Of a DNA stretch of 64,000 bases, positions 36,134 to 49,164 are shown one piece after another (the first letter of the stretch is position 1; each line of letters starts with the position of its first letter). Position numbers and translations under genes: made by a program. This DNA comes from Negaprion brevirostris (lineage: Eukaryota): NCBI GenBank assembly GCA_030324005.1, contig JARDVH010000163.1, positions 95,035,635 through 95,099,634 of the forward strand, in the 5' to 3' direction. The notes under the pieces were generated by a model that was not told where the DNA came from, searched no databases, and saw nothing but the letters and a program-made list of their open reading frames with translations.

Positions 36134-38928
36134 TGCTAAGTTTGCTGAGATTCTTCGCTGTGAAGGATGGATTTGATCGCATGGTCACGGAATGCTCCAT
36201 TCAGTTGTATTGTGGCATGCCACCTCTGCCTCATGGAAAAATTCATTCAACAAACACTATTGATTACAAGTCCATTCGGCCCTGCAGGAAGAGATGGTGG
36301 ATCCTGTTGAATGGTTCCCACTGTGTAAAAGGGATGAAACTCAAACGTCCATTCATCAATTTTCTCTGTGTGGTAAAGGTTAAAACCCGCAAAATTGTTG
36401 TATTATTTCAATATACCAATTTTTTTCTGATAAGGATCTATATAAGTATGCGTATTTTATCGTGATTCATTTGCCTTAACCATAATTTTATCAAAACATG
36501 CCAGGATTTTTCATTTTCTAACTTCTGTGTGAACCCTCTTGCCAATAATTCTATGAATGAGTTACCTTCTCAAATCATCACATTTCTATTGCACTTTTCC
36601 ACTTGATTTTACTTCCCTGATTGTTTCATTTCAATAAGATTAGTTTTCTCACTTCATTTTTAAGTTAGCCAAATACAGTATCAATTGGCTGGCAAATTGG
36701 TTACATTAACAGTTTACTGTAATTTGCCAAAACCAGCATGAAGAGTAAAGTAAGAATTATACAGGTCATCTAATTCAGAGTTCATAAACTATTCATTGCC
36801 TCAGGGAGCTCTGACCTCTTAAAACCTCAATTTTTATCAAAACCCATGACAAATTAATGTCTGTTTGGATTATCTGAAGTTTAATTTATTTATATTTGGA
36901 CATGTTGCATGCCTTGGTGAGGCTGTTAAGATTGTTGACCTTCAGATGCTCAAAGGTCTAAGCTTTAATGCAGAAAGGTGATGAAGAAATAGATACCAAA
37001 ATGAAGAAATTTTAACAAATGTCTTTGTTCAAAATCCAGATTTAGGTTTTCTTCAATATGTTTAAGTTTTATAGATTTGAAATCAAACACAACTAGGATA
37101 CGTGTCACAGCAATCACAGCATAACAGCTGACAAGTTAAGAATAATATTCTTTCTCTATCTGTAACACTGGGAAAGTACTTTGCCACATGTCGGGTAGGT
37201 GTCGCTGGAAGGGTTGGGCAGATAAGTTGTTCAAAGGTTTCTGCACTTCTTCCCACTCCTCAACTTTGCCTCTGCACATTTCCAATAAAATCTCTCAATA
37301 CAATCAGCGAATTCCCAATTGAACCTTCTCCATTTTGATCCAAGACAAGGTCTCCCACGAGTCAACAGGGATATTTGTCAAACACATTATAAGAACATTT
37401 GTTTTTAAAAATTTGCTAAACAAATACTCTTACATGGGAATACCTGCATTAGTTCAGCGTTCTTTAAGAGGCAAGGTCATTACTCAAAAATAAAAAAAAA
37501 ATTGTCAACCCCACATTTCTAGAGTGAAAATGTCAAGGACATTTCCACACCAAGTGCTACTAACAAAAAAAAGTTATGGGGTAACAAGCAAAAGAATTAT
37601 TTAACAAATGTAGGAAACTCAAGAGTCAAAAAAGTCTCTGCAAAGTATAGGCAAACTTGGCAAATCAATTCAACTGAGAAAATTGCTTTTAGATTAGAGA
37701 CCAAAAAAACCAATTGGTTTTGATAATTTGTTTTCCATTTAGGAATTATATACACGTTCCTTGATTTGCACAAGATTTTTTTCCCAGGACATAGCCCATT
37801 AATCCGAATGAAACTTCAAAGCTAAACTAGCCCTTTGTAACTTCTTCACTTGAACTAGTCTCATGAATACATCCTAATACTCAGAAAAGTTCTCAAAACA
37901 GTGCAAATTTCCTCCACTTTAAAGTATGAGTTGACAATTGATTGGAACTGATACGGTTTCTGGTTCACTTTTGAAGGCCTTATCTTTTTAAATGCTTCCT
38001 TTTAAATGCATATCTTCATGTTATTGCTGTTACAATCTCCTTACAGACTGATAACTTTTAAAAAGAGATGTGAACATCTGGTTACTAGCTGCAAGAATAA
38101 CAGGAATTCAAATTTTAAAATTTTTATTCTAACAAATGATTCAAACAAATACTATTGGCTAAATACTATTTTCTTTTTGTGGGCAATTAATTCTTTAAAC
38201 TACAGCAAGGAACATTCCCCTTTTATAATTAACACATTGCACTTACCATGGAAGTTCCTCCCAGCATCCTCTGGGTTGCCACATTCCCATTTTGTCAAGT
38301 AGTAGATTCAAGTGACCAACTGCAGACACTTCCCTCAGTTTCCAGAGAGTGTTTCTTAGAACCAGCAGTAAAGTCTATTCCGAAGATTTTCCTTCCTCAG
38401 GCTACTCCAGAAGATTTGTCCTGGATCCTTAAAAGGCTGCAGGATAAGGCTCCTGGACTAGAGACTGCAGCTGGGTCTGCTAGCTTGCAAAGCTTAAATA
38501 GTTACTTCTCTATGTTGACCACACAGAAAGTTGCCAGTCTGTGATATTCACAGATTTGTAGGGAAGCCTGTAACCTGATCTTAAAAATAGCTTTCACTGC
38601 CCTCTTCCCCATGGTATATGTGGGAAATACATTAACCTTGCTTTCAGGTAAAAATTCCACTGAACTACTCTTGTCCTCAACTCTCTTTCATCTGGAAAGT
38701 AAATGGGTTGTTTAAACAATTGTTTACAAACACCACACCAGTTTTATGGATTTTGGAAGATGCATAGTCTATCCATTGTGAACTCAAAGATCGCTGCTAT
38801 TGTCTCCAAGCTCAAAAAGCTTTGCATCTTCTTTCCCAGTAAAACAATCCAAGGCTTCCAGTGATGTCTAACAATCAATCTACCCAAACTTACCAACAGA
38901 CAGGCTTCAGAGCAAATCACATGACCAT

Positions 38929-39246
38929 GGGGTGGCATGGTGGCACAGTGGCTAGCACTGCTGCCTCACAGTGCCAGGAACCAGGTTCAATTCCTGGCTT
39001 TGGTCACTGTCCATGTGGAGTTTGCACATTCTCCCTGTGTCCGCATGGGTTTCCTCTGGATGCTCCAGTTTCCTCCAACAGTCCAAAGATGTGTGGGCTA
39101 GGTTGACTGATCACGCTAAATTGACCCTAGTTTTAAGGAGATTAGCAGGGTAAATATGTGGGGTTACAGGGGTAGGGTGGGAATGTTGTTGGTACAGTTG
39201 ATGGGCCAAATGGTCTCCTTCTGTACTGTAGGATTCTATGATTCTA
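38929..39246 (+). mobile_element. Full-length HE1/V-SINE
   Basis: tRNA-like head (GGTGGCACAGTGGCTAGCACTG..GGTTCAATTCC), V-domain, tail CTGTAGGATTCTATGATTCTA. Confidence 0.92.
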
Positions 39247-39452
39247 AATTTAAAGACGCCATTGCAAAATAATTTTATAAACCACACAATTCAACACAGA
39301 TTACCAGGTAAACCAATTATGAGGATAATTTGAAGAAATGTAATAAGTATTTTAACTTATTACTGGATCCATTTGGATTGGGCAGCNNNNNNNNNNCCAG
39401 TCATGGTGTTGCTGGTGTTTGGGTTTCTACCTGCCAGGTTCAGTGCTTATCC

Positions 39453-39677
39453 ATGAGCGAGTGGCGAGTGTAAGACAGTGGCAGCCCAGGAGCTGAACCA
39501 CCTGCAACTGAAAGAAGGGCCGAGCCGGAGGTTGAGTTGGCAGCAGGCTCTGGTTTGGTGGCCGCTGCTGAGGAACAGGGGACCCAAGCTGGGATTGAGC
39601 TCAAGCTAGAAGAGAGGTTGTACTCAGCGCTGTGTTGCACCATCAGCCTGGATCTGCCCAAAGCTTCAGTTTATCAG
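39453..39677 (+). pseudogene. CYHR1: Decayed copy of the N-terminal coding segment of CYHR1/ZFTRAF1
   Basis: ATG 39453, in-frame TAA 39471, then ..[33 protein letters not shown] (39603-39677), matching the conserved [25 protein letters not shown]. One Cys is changed to Ser. Similarity stops at VYQ with no GT donor. Confidence 0.85.
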
Positions 39678-40519
39678 AGTACTGTCACACCCCAGCAACT
39701 GAGGTAAAGGGAAGCAATTTCCCAGAGAAATGAGAAGCACCCGAGCCATTGAGAATATTGACTTTCTGCGAGATTATGATCAATTTCATCAAGACTCATG
39801 AATAATACATTTTTCAAATTAAATGTTAGGTTTTAGTACCCAAAAGCACAGAACTATTATGACATGGGAGTGGTGTACCTGCAATGACATTCCAAATGGG
39901 CAAAAAAGTTTGAATTAGGATTAACTTCAGTTTGATGACAGTTTAACCACAGTATTCCTCTAGCACACCTGATTTTGGTTAGTTTCCATGCAGGCTCTCC
40001 CAGTCAGGACCATGCTCTATGCATGTGTTTCCATGTGAACAGGTATGCACCTGCCATGTTGATCTTCTTTTGGCTTACAAACATTCCGTACTAGGTTTTA
40101 GAAAGCTCACAGATTTGGTTTGTCAAGGCACTTTTGTTTTAAAAAGGGTAGGTTAACTTGGTTACAACCAAAACAAAATTATCTGCAAGAAATGTTTCTA
40201 CATCTCGAGCAAGTTTGTCTCTTTACATTGATGAAAAAGTGGCTGCATATTCCCAATCTAAAATTGCAAAGAATTGTACAGATGTTTACAAAGACATCTG
40301 CATGTTAATGGAGAACAAACATTTTGGGATTTTTTTTCTGTTGTTAGGAATTTAAATTAGGTACAAAGAGTAAAAGTACAGACATGAAAAAAAGAAACAA
40401 ATCTATCTGGCAAGTGTATTTCCTAATGGAACTAAGTCACAATAAGAAGATCTTAGATCAGACCTTTAATCTGGTAGGAAAAGTGATATGCCACAATCAA
40501 ATGCCTATGTTCACACAAA

Positions 40520-41600
40520 AACAACAATAACATGTATTTTTATAGCTCCTACGGAACCTTTTTGGAGCACTAGCAGACAAAAAATTGACATAAACACACA
40601 CAAGGTAATGTAAGGACAAGTAACAAAAAGCTTGGTTAAAGGAGTAGCTTTTAAGGCGTATCTTCAAGGTGGACAGACAGATAGAGATGCAGAGAGGTTT
40701 AGAGAGGGAACTCCAAAGCATTAAGGTGTAGGCAGCTGGAAGCACCACTGTCAAGGCCAAAAAGTCAGGAATGCATAATAGACCAGAATTGGAGGAGTAC
40801 AGGAATCTTGGAAGGGGTGTAGGGTTGGATGAAGTTAAAGACAGGGAGAGAGAGAGCATGAAGCCTTGGTAAAATTTTAACTTTAGTATGCAAATTTGAG
40901 GTGTTGCTCTATCAGGAACCAATATAGGTCAATGAGTGCAGAGATGATGGGTCAACAAGACTGATGTGAATTAGGATGCGACAGCAGAATTTTCTGAAGA
41001 CCTGATGCTACAGCAAGGATATGGAATAACTGAACCTGGAGGTGACAAAGACATGGAGAAGGTTTCAGCAGTGAATGGAATGAGGCAGGTGTTGAAATGG
41101 GTGATGGACGGCACAATGGCAAGCACTGCTGGCGCACAATGCCAGGGATCCAGGTTCGATTTCCACTGTCTGTGCATAGTCTGCACATGCTCCTCATGTC
41201 TGCACGGGTAACCTCCGAGTGCTCTAACTTCTTCCCACAGTCTGAAAGATGTGCTGGCTAGATGCATTGGCCATGGTAAATTCTCTCCCTGTGTACCCGA
41301 ACAGGTGCTGGAATGTAGCGGCTTGGGGATTTTCACAGTAACTTTATTGCAGTGTTAATGTAAGCCTACTTGTGACTAGTAAATAAACTACGGACGTGGA
41401 GGTAGGCAATCTTTGAGTGAAAAGGATATCAGAACTTAAGCTCAGCTCAGGGTCACAGAGGACACCAAGATGGCAAAATGTCTTGTTCTGCCTCAGACAT
41501 TGGTCAGGGAGGGGATAGCATTAGTGGCTGGAAAATGGAGTTTGTGGCTTTCGACTCCCCAGTATTGAACTGGAGAAAATTTCTGCTCACCCAATGCTGA
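40520..41600 (-). mobile_element. L2 LINE 3' region with nested SINE
   Basis: Minus ORF SSNSGLLCIP...LWSSLSKPL...LSTLKIRLKSYSFNQAF; L2-type tail. Confidence 0.8.
41105..41390 (+). mobile_element. V-SINE variant with a different 3' tail
   Basis: GGCACAATGGCAAGCACTGC..GGTTCGATT..TTCCCACAGTCTGAAAGA..ATTGCAGTGTTAATGTAAGCCTACTTGTGACTA. Confidence 0.8.
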
Positions 41601-41616
41601 ATGTCAGACAAAAAGC

Positions 41617-42330
41617 CTGACAGAACTTTCAGGCCATTCATGCCAGCAGGGTCATCCAGTCCAGCACATGGCACACCCCCCACTATGTGTTTCGTGGCAG
41701 CATCGGATGCAGTCAATGGGAAATCCAGCTGGCAACAGCGAGACGGGACAGGACGGGGAACAGGGTGGGGGGGAATATGGTTGGAGGTCCAGAAATCTGT
41801 TCCATACCAGCATGAATTTCACATCAGAGCTAGTGTGAAATTCATACCAGTGGGAGTTCCAAAAATCCACTGGAGGCCAGCCAGAATCTTCCATCAATCC
41901 CGTTTCTCTGCAACATCAGTGGGAAATCACACAAGCACCAAACATATTTGGAACAACGTTGCATGCAGATGTCAGGACCCACCTGAACAATACTTGGGGC
42001 TGCCTCGGGATGGAAGGCCAGCTGCAACCCTGAGCCCTGGAACACCACAACAGTGGTTCAGCGGAGCACCTAAAAGCAGACGTTCCAGATTTGGTGTCCT
42101 GGAGGGGCTCAGCTACCAGCCTCAATGTTCCTGGAGATTCATGTTCATTTTCAAGACAACAACTTTCTTTCTTCAATAGTGTGTTGGGTGCCCAGATAAA
42201 ATCGTGGACATTGTGCCAGCTGCCCTGCCCTGGAATATGGTGCAAAACACCCAGTTGCATTATCAATGAGATCAGAGCTGGAAAGTTTGATGTGTTTTCC
42301 CAACAGCCTCTGTGGAAGGAAATTCCTACC
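41617..42330. mobile_element. Harbinger-type MITE/non-autonomous element remnants
   Basis: 41617-41772 resembles the 35950 MITE; internal 12-bp inverted repeat ATGAATTTCACA/TGTGAAATTCAT; end GGAAATTCCTACC. Confidence 0.45.
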
Positions 42331-42584
42331 AGACTTAGTCCTAGAATGGGAGAAACCCACTCAACGAATCAAGCAAGGTAGTGCTGAGATGCAACTGGGT
42401 GCAGTATGTACATACACATTTGGTATCCACTGTGTTTTTTGGTGACATGCACGGGTAGATGTNNNNNNNNNNNNNNNNNNNNNNNNNNNNNNNNNNNNNN
42501 NNNNNNNNNNNNNNNNNNNNNNNNNNNNNNNNNNNNNNNNNNNNNNNNNNNNNNNNNNNNNNCACTGTGTTTTTTGGTGACATG

Positions 42585-42905
42585 CAAGGGTAGATGTAGG
42601 TATGATGTTTCCCTTGGTCGGGAAAACCCTGGGACTAGAACCAGGGAACGTAATTGCAAAATAAGGGAGATGCCACTTATGACCGAGATGAAGAGAAACA
42701 AGCGTTGTGAATCGTTGTAATTCTCTACTCCAGAGGGCTGTGTCATTGTGTAAGTTTAAAGCAGAGATTGATGGATTTCTGATCAACAGTGACACAAAGG
42801 ATTATGGGATGGGGTGCAAAAGGTATTGAAGTGCCCAATCTGCCATGATTGTATTAAATGGTGGTGTAGGCTTCACACGCTGAATAGCCTCCTCCTATTC
42901 CTATG
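42585..42905 (+). mobile_element. CR1 3' end
   Basis: ATGTTTCCCTTGGTCGGG..ACTAGAACCAGGG..GAGATTGATGGATTTCTG..GCTGAATAGCCTCCTCCTATTCCTATG. Confidence 0.85.
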
Positions 42906-44654
42906 TCCCCCGAGGCTACCTTTTAGATAAGAAATAGTAGGCAGTGTGATGGATGCCCAAGGACAGATTCTTGGGCATCCATCAAAGATGAAGAACTAAA
43001 TCCAGAATGAATCAGCAATTTAAGAGAAACTTCAAGGTTAACAAATTTCAAATGAAGGTTATGAGTGTGGGAACAGCTTATCTAAAAATGTCACTTTTGT
43101 TTGCTTTATTAAACAGAAGTGAAACCTGTGGAAGGCATACTTCTGATCAAAGCGAGAGACTGTTTTGCTTTTTTATAAAAAAACCAGCAGAATTGGAAAG
43201 CACAATTCTTCAAGCATCAACTGAAGTAAAAAATCTATTGGAAGCTCAGCAAGTTCATTAGGTCAAGTGCAGAGAACTAATCAGCTAAAGACTATAGTTA
43301 TAATGTTCCCGTAATGGGGCTGCAAAAATCAAATCTAAAACCTAATAACATTTGAACTGCATTTTGAATGGTTCAACACGATTCAATAAAGTTCTGGCAT
43401 TATAGTCTCGGCAAAAAAATTCGACGGTAGCTGAAACACTAGATGGTTTCACTTCAAGTTTACAGATCCTGAGAAAGGCACTTCAGGCAGCAAAGTTCCT
43501 GCCAAGCTGGGAAAGGTCAATGAATAACAGCTTAGTATCCCAATTACTCAAAATTAGGAGACTTACAAAGTGAGAGAGCTTAGACATCAGATAAAACAGA
43601 AAAGATTATGGGGAACAGCAAAGTCTTTGAAGTTTTGGAGGTGAAATATAATTTCACCAGAGCTCAAAACAAGTAACAGCATATTGGTTCAGCTCATTGT
43701 AAACCATACATGACTCTCCTTTCTATTGACTCCAGTAGTATATAACTGACAGCCAATCGTCTATTGCCCATTTTGTACCTCTCTCAAGCTTCAACTTTAA
43801 TTTCTTTCTTCCCAAAAAGGCTCCATCTAGGTCACTGGTGCAGCGATTGGGCAAGTTGTCGTGGAAGTCTGTTCCCATCGAATGTTATGTCAGAAATCTA
43901 GGCCATGCCGTGAATTATAATCACCAATTCTGAATAAAAAATTCTCCTCAATGCACACCTACCTTTCATTTAGTATTTCCTAAAGGGATCCAACCAGCTT
44001 TTAGAAACATTCAATTTTCTGTCAGAATGAATCAAACAGCCTTTTTCTGTCACCAATGAAATGTCAGCAAACTGAAACCATTTTCACACCAAATATTGAC
44101 ATTGTTTACAGTATGGTTAAAAAAAACTTTGACAATGTATTAAATACACTACAAGGAATCATTCTGATTCTTTACATTGTTACTTTGCACTCTTCCACAT
44201 TTAAACAGTTCAAAGCATTTTACTATTCCCTCCTCTGCAAATTTAGGGACATGTATGCAGTCACTGTCTCTGACTTCTGCCATTTTTCTTAAGCTTTAAA
44301 AAATATTTTCTTTTGTACATGATACTTACACTTCCATCGCCACTCACATTGTGAACACATCTGAAAAAAGTCCAACATATCAAAGCAGAAGAACTAAATA
44401 GGGCTAAATGTGCCAAACACAGTGAATTGAATGACATGCCAGAGTCTACCAGCTAATGAAGTGCAATGACTCAACAACCAAAAGACCATCTCCGAAAATG
44501 AAAGGAGGCTGCTGAGCAACATCCAGTTTATGTTCAACAAAAGTAACAGTGTTAAAAGGCAAAACAAACACAGTAACATATCAAATTTGTTGCTGTAATA
44601 TTGACTTCTGAGTAACCAGCACAAACTGACAGCTGCCATTGTCCTTTGTTTTTA

Positions 44655-45280
44655 TTTGCCCATGTTCTACGAACATCCTTGCTAAGGCAGCATTTGTTGC
44701 GCAACCCCAGTTGCTCTGGAGAAGGTGGTGATCAGCTGCCTTCTTGAACCATTGCTGCCTATGTGCTGCAGGTACATCTAAAGGGAGTTCCAGGATTTTA
44801 ACCTAGTGACAGTGAAGAAATGGCAATATATTTCCAAGTCAGATGGTGTGTGGCTTGGAAGGGAACTTGCAGGTGATGGTGCTCCTATTCATCTGCTGCT
44901 CTTGTCCTTCAAGGTGGTAGCGGCCATAATTTTGGAAGGTTCTAGCAAAGGAGCCTTAGTGGGTTGCTACAGTTTGTCTTGTAGATGGTACACAATGCTG
45001 CCACTTTATACCAGCGAGTGATAGAGGGAGTGAATGTGGTATTAATCATGCAGGCTGCTTTTTTTCTTGATGCTGTTGAGGCTCTTGTGTTGCCTGGATG
45101 CCCTCCACTCATCCAGGCAAGTGGAGAGTATGCCAGATGACTTACGCCTTACAAATGGTGGGCAAGCTTTGGGAATTCAGGGGGTGAGTTATTCACCACA
45201 AAATTCCCATCTTCTGACCTACTTTTATAGCCAAAGCATTTACATGGCTGACTCCGTTAAGTTTCTGGTCAGTAGCATCC
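44655..45280 (-). mobile_element. CR1/L2-clade LINE 3' fragment
   Basis: GCATTTGTTGC..GAGAAGGTGGTG..AGCTGCCTTCTTGAACC..GGGAGTTCCAGGATTTT..CACTCATCCAGGCAAGTGGAGAGTAT. Confidence 0.8.
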
Positions 45281-48200
45281 AAAAGCTTAATTTTAGCAAA
45301 TCATGCAAATTACAAATTTACAAATGCAATTAATCCATTCCTAGCACCTCCTATTCTTTGGCCACGATTTTCAAAGCCCCAGTTATGGTAAATGAAACCT
45401 GAGATTTACAGGTTCAACATGATCCAACTTGTAACACTAATTTCTTAACATCAAGTGAGAATCTCAAACAAGATTTCAACTGGATGAAAACATGTAATTT
45501 CTTTTCAATTTTGGACAGTGTTCAACATGCAGTTCCAGCTTACATAAATTGATTTCAATTATTTACAGAAAGCCATCATCCTCCAGACACTTCACTATGT
45601 GATCACTAAAATAATTAGCTAGCATAATGCAGCCCATATTCTGTGATGTTTTCTCAAAAATAGGTGATTTGAAAAATATTAAATTAGTGCCTGCTGAAAT
45701 CGTCATTTTTGCAAAGATATCACAATTATGCTCCATACCCCAAAAAATCTTGAAAATGCTGAACTAGTCTTAATTCTGAAAAAAAGGTTTTCAGAATTCA
45801 GTTGACTTTGCTGATCTGCTACTCCCTGGCAAAGTTCAGTGAAATAAAACCAATTGTCAATGCAGTTCAGGCTGCGTGGTGCTATACTGTATCTTATTTC
45901 AAAAATTTGAACTTACTGCGGAATAATGTCATTACCTCTCAGCATAAGGAATGAGTCAATGCAAACTCATGAATTCAAGGGCTGCAGGTATGCTGGACTG
46001 GATCAGAATTTTAAGGAATAACAGTGCTTACAACTGAGATAACCTGATAAACAACTTCATTTTTATCATTGCAATCCTCATTGAGTCAGCAGTGATCAGC
46101 TTCTGTTCAGTGCGCTCTCCTAGCAGTGCAGCAAAACTGAATCAGAGAGAAATGTGAGGCAGGGAGGAGAGACCAAGNNNNNNNNNNNNNNNNNNNNNNN
46201 NNNNNNNNNNNNNNNNNNNNNNNNNNNNNNNNNNNNNNNNNNNNNTATGATCAACAAGCACAAACCTTCTCCAGTGTAGTGAAATGCAAATGCCAAGTCA
46301 ACTTATATACTTAATTACATTCCTAAGAGCTTTTAGTTAATTCCCTGATGGGGATGAATATATGAACTGTTTACAGGTGCAGATCTAAACAGTAGTGGAT
46401 GTCTCCAAATACTGACCCAAATTTCCCTCATTGATGTAAAACATAGGTTGTGTACTTCATACCATTTTCAAAACATTTTTCTTACCATCATAAAATGTGT
46501 GATTGCAGCGCTCAAGAATGGTTTCAATCTTCATCAACAGTGGAGAAGTCAAGGACCGTACTGAATTGCAGTCACTTCTTATAATAATTATATTGGAGTA
46601 ACTTACATTTCACCCAATATTGACAATAGAGATAATTGATCTGTCTTTCACTTTATTTCACTGAAATGTAGGATTCAATATTTTTCACTAGTAGTCTAAC
46701 TCCTGGATTTAGCTGGTTTGTTGTTGCGGATCACACCGTTCTATAAATGTTCTGATTGCATATAAATAACACACCAAATATGAGAGGGAGTTCGGAAATA
46801 ATAGTCAGCAGGCAAAATAAGCTTTGAGATTGCATTCAGTGTAACATGGGGAAATACAGACGACAATGACTTGATTGATATTAACTGCAACTTCATTTTT
46901 CAACAAACACATTCTTTCTCAACAAAAAAATGTAAAAGCATAAAAATTTGATCAAATGAACTTAATTAGAAAGAAAGTTGACCCATAAACAAAGGCAACA
47001 TCTGAAACTTGTCAATTAATCCCCCCCACAAATTTTCACTTTCTTACAGAAACAACTTAAATTTACAAACTCTTTTTGTCCTGTTGTCATGGTCCTCCCA
47101 AACCCAGATATACCAACTTAAACACACATAAATGTATCTTTCTCATTGCGACAACACATTGTGTGGTTCTGCTCACTCTGCCAATATACTGCTATTTAAC
47201 CTAGACTTAAAACTTTTTCCTTATCCTCTTCTGAAACCAGTCACTCATGTTTTGGTACAAACGGTCATGCAGCACCTTGTCCAAGCTTCCAGTTTTCATG
47301 CATGAACCTGAACTTTGAGCAATAGCAGACTACTTGACTGCAGGGGTATTGTAACTGAACTTGATATTATCCTCATCTGAAGCCCTCACATGCACATTTT
47401 CCAGTAAGGCTTAGTGATTAGCAAACAGGAAAAGGAATTCTGCTCAAATTTTCTGATCTACTCCAGAGACACTCAAGTTCAATTACAGCATTGTTTTATT
47501 GCCTTGACGGAGGTCAACTAAGTTAACCGAGCCCACAGGCTAAACCTAGATCTTCCCTGGTATATGCATTATACTAATTCGCACTATGAGTTACCAGACA
47601 GCCTGTACTTGGTTTTTATTTTAAACACTATATGCGTTAAAAGCAACTAAGATTATTAAAATGAAAAGACTTGTTTTCCTTTACCTTCACAGGAATTAAA
47701 GAAACAAACTTTTTAAAATTTAGCACTGTACTAAATATATACATGCCCACAGATTAACTACTAAGAAGCAGCTTCGTTGTGAAACCTTTTAAGCCTTACT
47801 ATAAAATGCTCACACCATAAATAGAATACATTTATTAAAAATAACAAAACAATTTGTTTCCTGTTTTATAAGATTTTATACCCCACTTCAACAAAATGTA
47901 GCTACTTTTACTTTGTAGAGCTCAGATTTAACAGAGTAGCTATGGTCTTCAAATTTACATTAATGTCTTGCATTACTGATCAATTACAAATGATTCATAG
48001 TGAAAAACATCATACAGTACCTCAATAAACAAAGGAAGTGCACAACTACTTTTGTCCATGTCTGCACATTGTGTACAGTACATGGAAACTACTTTTCATT
48101 ACACAGTATGCTTTTGTTTAACAGCCACGTTTCAGCTTTAAACCTGTGGATAATGAACCTGTAGGTATTATTTCAAAGCAACCAGTTTAAAAAAAAAAGC

Positions 48201-49164
48201 CAAAANNNNNNNNNNAAAGAATGAAAGGAGCAAAGCTAATTATCAGCATTCCTTCATGTATTAGTGTGTGTTGTGCACTAAATCTCTGGGAGGCTTTGTC
48301 TTGATCCCTAAAATTATCCTGTACTTATTCCTGAGAGGTTAGAGGTCATTTAGCTAATTAAAGCACCAGTCACAGTAAAAACAGAATCACCCAAGATAAA
48401 TGTTTTCACTTTTAGGGTTTAAAAGCTCAGCCGAGTACCTTAATCTAATTTTGATTCTTTTATAACGCTGCTAACCATCTGCTAATCTAATCGCAGACAC
48501 ACCATGCCATCGAGAACAATTGTGATCAGTTGTTTCTCTTTTATGGCCAATAAGAAAATTCAATCAAGAATTCCCAAATCCGAGAGTGAATGACAAGAAT
48601 TTCCATGATCTGTCACCACTAACTTTGTCATTTTAAGAATTCTACCCTACATGGTGTAAACCATACATACATTTTATTGATCTTTATCAAAAATTATTAA
48701 GTCTTTTAAAATTTGTGTGTCAAAGTAAACATGTAATACAAACAGGAAATGTTGAGTAAATCAGGGAATGTGTGCTGAGAAAGGAAGGGAGGGTTAATAT
48801 TTTTGGTCTGTGGCCCTTTATCAGAGCTGTAAATTAAACAGTTGCTTCACTGAATGCTGATCAAATGGAATTGGAACAAAACAGTAACTGTTCCATACAT
48901 CTACTGACATGATGCAGTCTGAGAAGTGGAGTTCCATTCATCAGCTTCTCACAAATATACCTAACTCTCAAACAGAAACAACACTCCACCATAACATGTT
49001 TTATTTGCGGCATATTGCCACTCTTAAGTAATGGTTTACAGAGGTAGGAAAAGGCATCAAGTGACTTTTCCCCGCCTACTCCCCACCCCCCCACCAATTT
49101 TTAAAATTCTGTGAATACAAGAAACAGATCATATCCTCCCTTTCAATTCTTTCCTCAAAGAAGC

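Noticed and set aside
38929-39000. tRNA-like A/B boxes here and in other SINE heads
   Set aside because: SINE heads, not tRNA genes; no complete cloverleaf. No rRNA or CRISPR-like array was seen anywhere in the window.
41601-42179. 192-aa ORF
   Set aside because: Runs across GC-rich MITE/transposon remnants; no protein family signal.
42428-42598. ~35-bp direct repeat on both sides of an N gap
   Set aside because: Most likely unmerged overlapping contig ends (assembly artefact).
38248-46563. Isolated minus-strand exon-like segments with GTAAG donors (~38248-38320, ~44330-44360, ~46490-46563)
   Set aside because: No recognisable peptides. A host gene or lncRNA cannot be supported without RNA-seq.
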